A stretch of DNA of 63,893 nt, counting the filler, from Octopus bimaculoides (taxonomy: Eukaryota): assembly GCF_001194135.2 (NCBI RefSeq). It is 6 parts of 6 records of this genome, joined end to end, with 100 filler letters (N's around TTAATTAATTAA, not from the genome) between each part and the next. Parts side by side here need not be neighbours in the genome. Positions count along the whole stretch, not along the records: positions 50,105 to 61,444 come from NC_068988.1; positions 61,545 to 63,893 come from NC_068983.1; 4 more parts are not named here. One strand, given 5' to 3'. The position numbers and the translations under genes are program-made. The notes beneath the pieces were generated by a model. The model saw nothing but the letters and a program-made list of their open reading frames with translations, did no database searches and was not told the origin of the DNA. Each line of letters starts with the position of its first letter. Position 1 is the stretch's first letter. Below are positions 52,637 to 63,893 of the stretch, piece after piece.

Positions 52637-52637
<1 letters not shown>

Positions 52638-52865
52638 TTGTTACACTTAAAGAAGTATATTATCGACAGTAACTTCGGAGTTTTAGTCAGAACCTCCGAA
52701 GGTGCTGTCACTAATATTCTTGTTTAAGAATAGTAAATTTGTAATCAACAAAAATTATAGACTAACCCTTCAGATTGATGTAAAAATTTTCTATTACAAC
52801 TGAACATAAAAGTAATATGTGTGTGTGCGCGTGTGTATTTATGTATGCGTGCATGTGTATGTGTT

Positions 52866-52903
<38 letters not shown>

Positions 52904-52910
52904 TGCGCGC

Positions 52911-52943
<33 letters not shown>

Positions 52944-53689
52944 TGTGTGTGTAAATCATCTTTATGTATATATGTATACACATATAGAAATCAACTTTCA
53001 AACCCAAACTAATGAAAGTACCGCCATACCAATCCACCAAGACACCAAAATGACTAACGATAGCAACAACATCGTGAACAAAATAAGAAACTCAACCTAA
53101 AATAAATGACCATAGCATGAGATTATATAGTATCTTAATGTATTTTAAAATTTGAATGAAATAACTTTGATCTTAGGTCAATGAGGATCGACTTGACACT
53201 TATCAGGGACTGCAATTCCACTGAGAAACTCAAAATGACCACTACTCACTACTACCGCCATTAACAATATCCCCAACATCACCATAACAGTTATCACCGA
53301 CTCAAAAATCGATAATACGAACCCCTCCACTACTAGCGACTCACCAACTTTTGAATAACTAGTTTACTAATAAGTGTCAAAGTGTTGGCTACAAAGGTTG
53401 TAAGGCAACACAGCGGAGAGGGAAGGAGAGAGTGGGGAAGTAGGCTAAGTAAGGGAGAGAACGAGAGCATGTGTGTGTAAGAGAAAGTGAGACTCAGAGA
53501 CAAAGAGAGAGAGAGACAGAGTGTGTGTGTATGAATGCGTAGAGCAGTTGAAGTGAGAATTACAAAGAGAAATGCCGATGAAGTTCATAATCTTTCAACT
53601 AATTGCAATCCCTTAATACTTCATCCTACCTCACTCCTTCCTTTTATCTTCTTATTTCCATTCTTACATCCATAAGGACTGTTTCAGAT

Positions 53690-54230
53690 TAGAGCGAGTG
53701 ATAATTGATTACATCAACCTCAATACTTGACTACTCCTTTATCTTTATCGACCTCCAAGGATGAAAGGCAAAGTTGACTTCGGCTGTATTTCAGCTCCCA
53801 ATAAATACCGCTAAGTATTTTGTCCGACGTGCTATCGATTCTGCCAGTTCGCCAGACATGACTTTGTTCACACAATATCCTTCGGAAGTGTCAAAGGCTC
53901 CTTCTGCAAAAGCCGGTTTCGTTGAAATTGCATGTTCCATTGGGGTATATATCTTTACTTAAATTTACATAGGAAAAAAAATTACAGTGATTTAATCCTA
54001 AGGAATCTAAGTGTAAGCAGGTAGAGATATTGATTTCAAATGTCAGCAAAAGTCCAGCAATATCGGGTAGATTGTAAGTCGATTACGTCTACCCCTTTGC
54101 TCGACTAATATTTACTTTATCGATCCCGAAAGGATGAAAGTCAACTTCAGCGGAATTTGAACTCAGATCGTGAAGACGAGTGAAATGCCGCTAAGCATTT
54201 TGCAAGCGTGTTAATGATTCTACCAGGTCG
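53690..54230 (-). mobile_element. Two SINE family A copies (53690-53830 and 54040-54230)
   Basis: Reverse complement of the family A core. Confidence 0.7.
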
Positions 54231-54796
54231 GCGCATTTGGCAGATAAAGATGTTGGAGTCATTTTTACAAGAATAGGACCTAGTTTTATCCAAATATCGA
54301 AATTTGATGAAGTGTACTTCATCTTGTTGATGAAACTTATTAAATCCCTTCCAGCCGTGACTATTATGACTATTTTCAATGCATGTATCTAATTCAAATT
54401 CTAATTTTAAGAGCTATCATGTGATTTGAAAGAAATTTGGCTACCATATCAGGAAAATTCAGAAACAACACGGTATGCTGATGCTAATCATCATATAGTG
54501 AGGTACTATTACCGCGCATAAAAGCTTCTTTGGGAAATATTTTATGTGAAGGTTGTATGAACATATCTACNNNNNNNNNNNNNNNNNNNNNNNNNNNNNN
54601 NNNNNNNNNNNNNNNNNNNNNNNNNNNNNNNNNNNNNNNNNNNNNNNNNNNNNNNNNNNNNNNNNNNNNNAAGCTTCTTTGGGAAATATTTTATGTGAAG
54701 GTTGTATGAACATATCTACAAATTGGTATCTTGTCATATCGATAAACTTAATAATGCTTGCGAATAGCTATCGCTTTCTTTCCCTCTCACTTTCTA

Positions 54797-54839
<43 letters not shown>

Positions 54840-54850
54840 GTCTCTCTCTG

Positions 54851-54883
<33 letters not shown>

Positions 54884-56852
54884 CTACCTACCTATCTGTC
54901 TATCAGTCTGTCTGACTAGCTATCCATCTGTTTATACATATATCTCTCTCTGTCTTTCTGATTGTTTATTTGCCTCTCTATGTATATGTGACTATATACG
55001 CGTGTGTATGTATATATGTTACAAAGAAAGAGATAAACATACACTTAAAAACATACTTCTGTATATATACTGCAATAGTATATATGTGTAAATGTACTTG
55101 TATGTAGTCTACATTTATATATATTTGTATATCTGTTTTCTCATGTGAAAGCTAGCATATGGTTTCATTATGTTTCATTGCAAGACATTTAACACCTCTT
55201 GATTTGTATATAGGAAGCTGTTCACGCGAGCGATTTGATCTTGGATTCTCATGGCCGGCATTGAAAAGATTTGACGTGCATACGTAGTAAAGATATTTCT
55301 CTCCAATGAAGGTAATAGATTTCGTACAATTCTTTCCTAAACACTTTATAGGTTAAATTTATGCCCTCATTTCTACTGTTCCGGAACATTTAGTTAGTAT
55401 AAAGCTTGCTTTCAAAATTCATTGGTGAACAAACAAATTTCAACCTAAAGAATCACATCAACAAAGTATTTACTACTAAAGATCACAGAAGTTGCAAATA
55501 TAGTTATAAGAGCTCTTGTAATTATTGTCGATTAACTGAGCAAGATATTTCATGAAAATATCAGCCATGACACTTCCCTCATGTTGGTTGGATTAATGCA
55601 TCTAAGTCTATGTTATTCAATGTGCACTTCATTTTTAAAACGGCAATGTGTATGGTTACAGAGATTTGTAGATGTTATTTCTAGCATTTTATGTGACAAC
55701 TTGTAGTTTTGTAACTGCTATAGGCTGGAATAAACAAATAATTTTTTCCGTTGCCTTTGTAGTCAAGAAAGAAAAGTATATTTCTCATATAGAGTTATAA
55801 TACTTCTAAAAACTCGAACACAGAATTTTCATACTGTTGCTGTAATTTAACCTTATGATAGATCTACTTCAGAAGATATTTTATCAACGATATTCTGACA
55901 GCAACAATTTCTGACTTCTTTGTGTAAAGTCTATATTGTTTAATGCAGTCTTTATTTAAGACTATAGGAAGTGATTTGAGAGAAAAGTTCTCTGTTATTT
56001 CTAGGACATTCAGTGACTGAGAAAACGTTTCACTCGTTAACTTGGCTATGCAATATGGCGTCTCACAGGTGGTACTTCGATTTCAAAGAGGGACAGTTAC
56101 ATCCTTTTCTCATCTCAACATTTGTTGAGATAAGTACCTGTGATATATGGAGGTGATGGTGGTAATGGTGGTGGTGAAATGTGGTGGTGGTGGTGATGGT
56201 ATATAGCATTCATTAAATTGTATAGCTTGAATAAGAAATTATTCTTTTAATTTTCCCTTTCTGTTACTTATAGTTCAAATTTTTGGGCTTTTTGGCAACC
56301 AAAGATTTCCCTTCATAAATGAAGAGGAGCTAAAATGGGTGAATTTCATTACTTTCTGGTCGTTGTCATCATCATTTCCATCAAAAATACCAGTATAATT
56401 ATCAACATTGATAGTACTGACGTCTCTATAAACTATTATTTAACCAGTATATCCTCTCCCCCATTTCGTTAAGTTATCAGCATGATATTGATTGTTTTGC
56501 ATGACGAATAAACCAGTGGTTTCAAGAGAGATATTCCGTCAACAAAATGTTCATTGATATTTCTTCTGATTTATATTTAATCCACCCGCGATGGAATGAA
56601 AACCATAGTCGATTCAAGTAGCATTCTAACATAGCTTGCAAAGATTCCAAGTATCCACACCGAATACAAATGTTTTAAAAAGGAAAAGAAGTATGAATAA
56701 AACATAAGAAAGCCATTTAAAATGTTATAATAGTTGAGTTGATCGCTCGAAAATTTCAGTTGCATTATTAAAATAAATGTTAAGAATAATATATTGGTCA
56801 TTCTCTTTCTTGTGAATGTTAATCCTATATTATAAAATTAGCGGCAAAATGA

Positions 56853-57229
56853 ACATTGTTGTTGATGGCACTCCGTCGCTTACGGCGTCGATGATTCCAT
56901 TTGATTCAATCAACGGAACAGCCTGCTCGTGGAATTAACGTGCAAGTGGCTGAGCACTCCACAGACACGTGTACCCTTAACGTAGTTCTCGGGCATATTC
57001 ATCGTGACACAGTGTGATAAGGCTGAACCCTTTGAATTGCAGGCACAACAGAAACAGGAAGTAAAAGTGAGAGAAAGTTGTGGTGAAAGGTTACAGCAGG
57101 GATCGCCAGCATCCCCTGCCGGAGCCTCGTGGAACTTTAGATGTTTTCGCCCGGTCTGGGAATCGAAACCGCGATCCTATGGCCGTGAGTCTGCTGCCCT
57201 AACCACTGGGCCTTTGCGCCTCCACTACA
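56853..57229 (-). mobile_element. tRNA-derived SINE (family C), second copy with an internal deletion
   Basis: Reverse complement of 25641-26037, lacking about 25 bp after the tRNA head. Confidence 0.85.
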
Positions 57230-57592
57230 GAATAAACATTATTCTACTTGCAATAGACATTGACAACAGCTGAACAACCAAAAGGATTGTATATATTTAC
57301 CTGCTAAAAGACATTATGCTTTCTATACTTAAGCTTGCTTGTTGACATTTTGCAAGCTTGACATTAAGCTTTTGGCGTCGCTGCAGGCTGGAGATTCGTA
57401 GCAGCCACGCTGACGTTTTTCTATATTACATGGTCAGTCGGTAGCTCACGTACTTCTCTTGGATTCAGTTTAGCTAAAGTCTGAAGTTGGTGACTTATCA
57501 TGTTCATTATTTGTTCACTTATTATATACCTTGCTCATTAGTTTACAATTATATCCTATTACTAACTAAAACATGCACACACACACATACAA

Positions 57593-57634
<42 letters not shown>

Positions 57635-58337
57635 GCACGCGCACGCGCACACATATACTTATATATACGCAAGCATATACGTATATAGAAATATGTATGT
57701 ATATGNNNNNNNNNNNNNNNNNNNNNNNNNNNNNNNNNNNNNNNNNNNNNNNNNNNNNNNNNNNNNNNNNNNNNNNNNNNNNNNNNNNNNNNNNNNNNNN
57801 NNNNNNNNNNNNNNNNNNNNNNNNNNNNNNNNNNNNNNNNNNNNNNNNNNNNNNNNNNNNNNNNNNNNNNNNNNNNNNNNNNNNNNNNNNNNNNNNNNNN
57901 NNNNNNNNNNNNNNNNNNNNNNNNNNNNNNNNNNNNNNNNNNNNNNNNNNNNNNNNNNNNNNNNNNNNNNNNNNNNNNNNNNNNNNNNNNNNNNNNNNNN
58001 NNNNNNNNNNNNNNNNNNNNNNNNNNNNNNNNNNNNNNNNNNNNNNNNNNNNNNNNNNNNNNNNNNNNNNNNNNNNNNNNNNNNNNNNNNNNNNNNNNNN
58101 NNNNNNNNNNNNNNNNNNNNNNNNNNNNNNNNNNNNNNNNNNNNNNNNNNNNNNNNNNNNNNNNNNNNNNNNNNNNNNNNNNNNNNNNNNNNNNNNNNNN
58201 NNNNNNNNNNNNNNNNNNNNNNNNNNNNNNNNNNNNNNNNNNNNNNNNNNNNNNNNNNNNNNNNNNNNNNNATATATATATACATAATTATATATATAGT
58301 GAATATTTAGATAGATGTACAGGTGAGTGTACTAATG

Positions 58338-58372
<35 letters not shown>

Positions 58373-58489
58373 GTATGTATGTATGTATGTATGTATGTAT
58401 GTCTTGCGTGTGTTTAGGGTGATTTGCTATCCTTACAGGGGGTTTCTTTCTACTACTTTAATTCGTTGATACTACCCCTGGAAAAGAAT

Positions 58490-58960
58490 TAGCACATCTT
58501 ATTCGGAAAACCTTAGATAAGATGAATCTACAGATTAAAATAATAGAAAGGTCAGGTACACCATAACATCTTTCATGTGTAGAACATATCAATTTGAAAG
58601 AAACCCCTTAACGGATAACCAATGTACAGTGCTTAGAGTAAACCCACAGATAAACTGTAAAACTAGGTATGTAGTTTATAGTATAAGGTATCCTGTGGGA
58701 CGGTGCAGAAACAGGAGAATAACGTACATTGAGGAAAAGTTACATAGCATAGGTGAGCGGATTACTGAACACTGGCACATGCTCAAACTGGGAAAAATCT
58801 CGTCAGTGTTCTATCAACATGCTCAATTAATACATGGCGGCTCGGTTAATAACAGATATTAAGATACTATCAAAATATAGAACAGACACGATAATCAGAC
58901 AGATTGCGGAGGCCACACACATAGTAGACAAACAAAACTTTAAAAGAACACGGGACTGGA
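58490..58960 (+). mobile_element. Penelope-like element remnant (GIY-YIG endonuclease region)
   Basis: NCKTRYVVYSIRY...TYIEEK...IGERITEH...SSVFYQHAQLIHGG fits the Penelope VVYxIxC..YIGET..RxxEH pattern; upstream LIRKTLDKMNLQIKIIERSGT. Confidence 0.7.
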
Positions 58961-59319
58961 ATAATAACACCACCCATGCAACCTGACAGCTAAAGACCGA
59001 ATGAGAAGAGAAAAAAAGGAGACAGATCCAAATATTGTACTAACGTGTATCCATATACACACGATCATGCGGAGACACACACGCATACACATACACACAC
59101 AGATGCAAGTGCATACAGAGATGGGAATACACAACGCAGAAAGAGAAAGTGGTACAAACAGAACAAGAGGAGACATGTGGGATAGAGACTCGTTGAAGAG
59201 GTCACAGAATATGTGACGAAAGAACTTAGACAAAGAAACTAAAATGATGAAAATAAAGCTGAAGTTAAACCGAAATATATAGTGCGCAGATGACCATCAC
59301 AAATGCGCGCGCGCGCGCG

Positions 59320-59350
<31 letters not shown>

Positions 59351-59893
59351 TCTCACACACACTCATATATATAAATCTGTACATACACATACATACACAT
59401 ATATTAATCAACTGCAGGTAGAATGAAATGAAATGTCGATTCAACAAGTATTCTAATATAAAGACTGACAATGAAGACTATTCGAGTTTCATTCTCGAGG
59501 ATTATAACTGTAATTGAAATTTGTATATTAAATGGTTTCACTCAGACGGTTTCAATCAAACACAGACGCAGGCACTTTCATGACGGTTAACTTTGCATTT
59601 ACAACAAGGAACCATTGCAAATCATTATAATACGGTACGTAAAATGAAATTCCATAGACCAAACAATTCACAAAAATTTAGTTTAATTGAGAATTCTTCA
59701 CAAGGAAGTGAACAACCAAGGGAGATTTATAGATATCAAAATACAAACGGTAAATGAATGCAGAGATAGATTAGCCAAAGTACAATATGTCCATGAATTA
59801 CGTTTACAATTTGAAAAATTCAGAAGCAAAATAGGGTTGAATCAGCAGATTTTATTGGAAAACAGCCAAACAAATAAACTTTCTTTAAAAACA

Positions 59894-59968
59894 TCAGAAC
59901 ACTTCTATGTAGCCTCTATTGGCTGCACGGAACATGCTGCGTTCTTTTTCTTTTCGGAACTCTTGAAA
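59894..59968 (-). CDS. Candidate terminal coding exon (FQEFRKEKERSMFRAANRGYIEVF*)
   Basis: Acceptor TTACTTTTACAG, 24 open codons of normal complexity to TGA, and AATAAA 38 nt downstream (59851-59856). Protein not recognised. Confidence 0.35.
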   Translation of the reverse strand, partial: FQEFRKEKERSMFRAANRGYIEVF

Positions 59969-60538
59969 CTGTAAAAGTAATTTATGATCACTCTATATAA
60001 TTAAATTAAAACCTTAGCAAACAGTTTAATCTCAGAAAGAGTATGTGCACACGATATATCTTCAAGTGCAACCATAAACCCAGAAGTTCATTTACGGATT
60101 GTAGAACAAGTGTATAATGTTCAAAGTGGTATTAATGTTTTATTGACTCAAAAATGTACTTAAAATGAGGCTATTATTTGCAATAAGTTAGTATTGATGT
60201 TTACTTGTATTATGTAATGATTAGAATAATTAGAAAAGTGGCAATGATCATGAAACGATATTGTTATTTGCTAGACACTGTCATTACAATCTTTTCGGCG
60301 TCATTACTAATATGTTAACATATTTACAAATTAGTTGAACAAACATGTCTGGAAGTAAAATCTTTGATTTAACCTACCGATATAAAACGAGAAGACTCAC
60401 CAGAACCTTGTATGTATGTATACATATGTGTCTGTATATGTTTGGCAGATATACACACTTTTACATATACATACATATAAACAGATATACATAAATACAT
60501 ATCCATACGTTTATATGTATATGCATAGAGAGGGATCA

Positions 60539-60595
<57 letters not shown>

Positions 60596-61020
60596 GTTGT
60601 TGTTTTTGTTGTTGTTGTTATTATTATTAGGTGTATTATATTATTATTAGATAAAGTATAAACAGATGAAAGAAAACTTATCAAAAGACAAATAATAGTG
60701 GAATTTAAATAATCAATCTATCTTAAGATTATTGTAGTTACGTAGGAATGAAAAGGTTTATAAATGAGGAATACACACACACACACAGACACACACACAC
60801 ACACATACACACACACACGCACGCACACACACACACACACACACACGCACATATATATATATATACATATATACATATACACACACGCACATATATGCAT
60901 ATATGCATATATATATATTTATATACTAACATAGCCTTAGGTACATATTTCGTGTGTTAAGAAGGGAGGATTACTGTAGTAGTTCGTATTTTTCTTTTTA
61001 TATAATTATAATAATTATAC

Positions 61021-61053
<33 letters not shown>

Positions 61054-62022
61054 NNNNNNNNNNAGTAGCTGAAATCCTGCAGGAAGTGGGGAGGGGGTCA
61101 TGCTCTGTCCCGTAGTCTAATTGGTCATCTATTGTTTCTAAAGGCCATGACTTTCTTATGGTTGGTTAATGGATAACCGATAACATAAACAACAAATTAG
61201 GCAAATATATATATTAATATGTATATATATATATATAAGAATTTAAGGATTGGAGAAACCGTATGTTATAATTGCATATTTTATTCCTGCATATGTTTCA
61301 AAGGATTACAACCTATGTGTATGTGTATGTATATATGTATGTATGTGTTTGGGTATGTGTGTATGTGTATATGTGTGTGTACGTACATGTATTTGTGTGT
61401 ATGTATATATATATATATATAACTATATATATATATATATATATNNNNNNNNNNNNNNNNNNNNNNNNNNNNNNNNNNNNNNNNNNNNTTAATTAATTAA
61501 NNNNNNNNNNNNNNNNNNNNNNNNNNNNNNNNNNNNNNNNNNNNATATATATATACATGTATGTGTGTGCGCTCACGCGTGTATTAGTGTGTGTTTGCAT
61601 GTATATTTATATAAATACATTTGCGTATTTATGTATATGTGTATATATAGGTGTGTGTCTGTCTGTCTGTCTGTGTGTGTCTGTGTGTGTGTGCATAGAT
61701 AGTTGTCTGCGAGTGTATATCAGTCTGTCTGTTACTAACCTAACAGTCTGTATTTGTGTATCTCTTCTGCAGTATGCGTCTATGGATATCAGACTCTTTG
61801 TCTCTGTAAAAGTCTGCTTTTGCGTGTGTCTGATTGAAGAGACAAGTACGCTTGAGTTTTCTTCTCTTTGTTCCTCTGTGATAAATCCATGCTGGCATGG
61901 ACGTTTTTAGGTCGTCACGGTTCTAACAATGGCCGACCTTGTAACAACGACATTTTTACTTTTTTAAGCGGGAAGTGGTGGAAAACACTTTTCCCTTTTG
62001 ACGTCTTTCAGCTTTCATTCCC

Positions 62023-62115
<93 letters not shown>

Positions 62116-62291
62116 ATTCTCTCTATATTCTCTCTCTTTATATCTCTATTTCTCTCCTTCTCTGTGTCTCTCCTTCGGTCGTTTTCTTTCTTATTCCTTC
62201 TTCCTTGCTATAGATGTGTTTGTTTATTTGTATGCGTGCGTGTGTGTGTGTAGATAGATAGATAGATAGATAAATAGAGAGAGATAGATAG

Positions 62292-62324
<33 letters not shown>

Positions 62325-62367
62325 TAAATAGAGATAGATAGATAAATAGATAGAGAGAGAGAGAGAA

Positions 62368-62418
<51 letters not shown>

Positions 62419-63893
62419 CAAGCAGACAGACAGACAGACAGATAGATAGATATAGATGTTCACATACATATTTGTATGTGTATATGCATTCGTATTTGAT
62501 AGAGCGAGTGAGCGCATGCGCAGCACGAGCATTTGATTGCTATAAACAAATCATCTGTGCAGGTTATTCACTAAAGAGTTACAGAACTGTCTTTTTCGGA
62601 CAAAGAGAGAGAGACTCGAGAAACTATCATATATAATAATTCTTAACACCTCCCCATAGATTCGAACGTGAATGAATATCGTAATCTTCGGCGAACCCCT
62701 TCTTCGGTGGTTTTTAACTGCGCTCCATATGATCCTTGGTGGATGGGGTCCATATTAAATTTTACTGTTATCATTTATGTGCAATAGATCAGTCATACTT
62801 CTACAATACACAAAATATTTAAGCAATTTTCTTTATACAATTCCTAATAATGTTTAATTATATGAATATAGGATCTTTTTAAACATTAAATGGTTGTACG
62901 GGTCCAGTAGACTAAAATAGAAATCAAATGGGATCCATAGGTATAAAATGGTTGGAATCCACTGTTTTATACGATGTGTTTTCATGACACACTCGATTCC
63001 CTGATATAAAGGGATTTTGAAACATCGTGAGGTTTCGACTTGGTTGTGTCTCTTCAGTGAAAGTTATCCAGGATCAATGGAACGAAACGTGAGCGATGGC
63101 TCTTGTTTATGAGATTCAGCAAACTATTTGCTGTTGCGCGCTGATGTCTCCCAACACGATAGTAAATTACTATGTGCACGTTGAACAGGGAGAACTAAAA
63201 CAATCATAGATATATTCTTTCTTAATCCGTTCCGGCAGATGGAACGTGGATGATTATGTTAATCGTCTAAAAAAGAAGTAATCTTGCAGATTACTCTGTT
63301 TTTTTAGGCAATTTCCTGTTAACAGATATGTCTTTGAATCTGTGTCCATTTTCGGCTGTAGTGTGTGGGCGTAGTATTTATTTATAGACAGAATGGCGTA
63401 TTTTCGGGTTTTCGGACAGCTGTAGCAAACTTTTGTGTTGTTTGTATTGAGTAACATGTGGTATTAATGGTGGGTTGAGACGTGTTTAGTGATTAGTTTT
63501 ATTTTCCATCAATATTTATCACAAATTTGGCTTTCTGCCAAATTTAAAACCAATGCGTATCACAAAGATGTGAACGACGAGGTGAAAGATGCGATGTTTA
63601 TTTTCCTGTTTGTCTGTCTGTTTGTCACTTTGTATGTATGGTTTCCTTATTTTTAATTTCCCACCAGTGTAGAAAAGGCCAGTTTCTAGAACAGAAAATC
63701 TTTCACAGGAATTTAAACATCAATGTGTATATGAACATGTACGTATATATTTATTGAAATATGTTTGCATGTACGCATGTATGCTTATATCTTGACATAC
63801 ATATAAAATATATACATCTATGATATACACACGCACACACACGAACATATACATACACACTCGTGCACACACGTGCATATATATATATATATA

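Larger units (their letters stand above)
50530..54900 (+). repeat. Three copies of a ~250-bp segment (about 50530-50721, 51613-51810, 54690-54900)
   Basis: Copies 1 and 2 are identical and flank a gap, so probably an artefact. Copy 3 has a 10-bp insertion and different flanks. Confidence 0.75.

Noticed and set aside
11215-55700. Apparent all-plus orientation of repeat family B
   Set aside because: A probable minus-strand copy exists at about 27385-27520, and degenerate copies are easy to miss by eye.
56280-56801. Hydrophobic ORF or possible piggyBac-like remnant
   Set aside because: The hydrophobicity follows from AT-rich codons, and no motif could be aligned convincingly.

Overview
This is gapped, AT-rich animal genomic DNA, dense in microsatellites. 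It is probably from an octopus or other cephalopod, an inference from the SINE and microsatellite landscape. I found no intact long protein-coding ORF, rRNA, true tRNA or CRISPR array, and most entries in the ORF track are microsatellite or N-gap artefacts. The window is mainly decayed mobile elements: mariner (DD34D) remnants, a DD40/41D rosa-like Tc1/mariner, an R4/Dong-clade LINE, an RTE 3' end, a Penelope GIY-YIG remnant, Helitrons, a TIR-bounded Merlin (IS1595-like) transposon, several MITEs and foldbacks, and about 20 tRNA-derived SINE copies. The best structure-level observations are a GG..CC TIR element with an 8-bp TSD whose interior is almost only (TAACCC)n telomeric repeat, a TIR-bounded Merlin derivative, R4/Dong-type ends abutting GAA versus TAA microsatellites, and foldback or inverted repeats that could form dsRNA. 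A few unique islands carry splice-site-bounded candidate exons on the minus strand, but these are low confidence. I see no convincing novel multi-gene system. All alignments were done by eye, and family names come from recalled motifs, not database searches.
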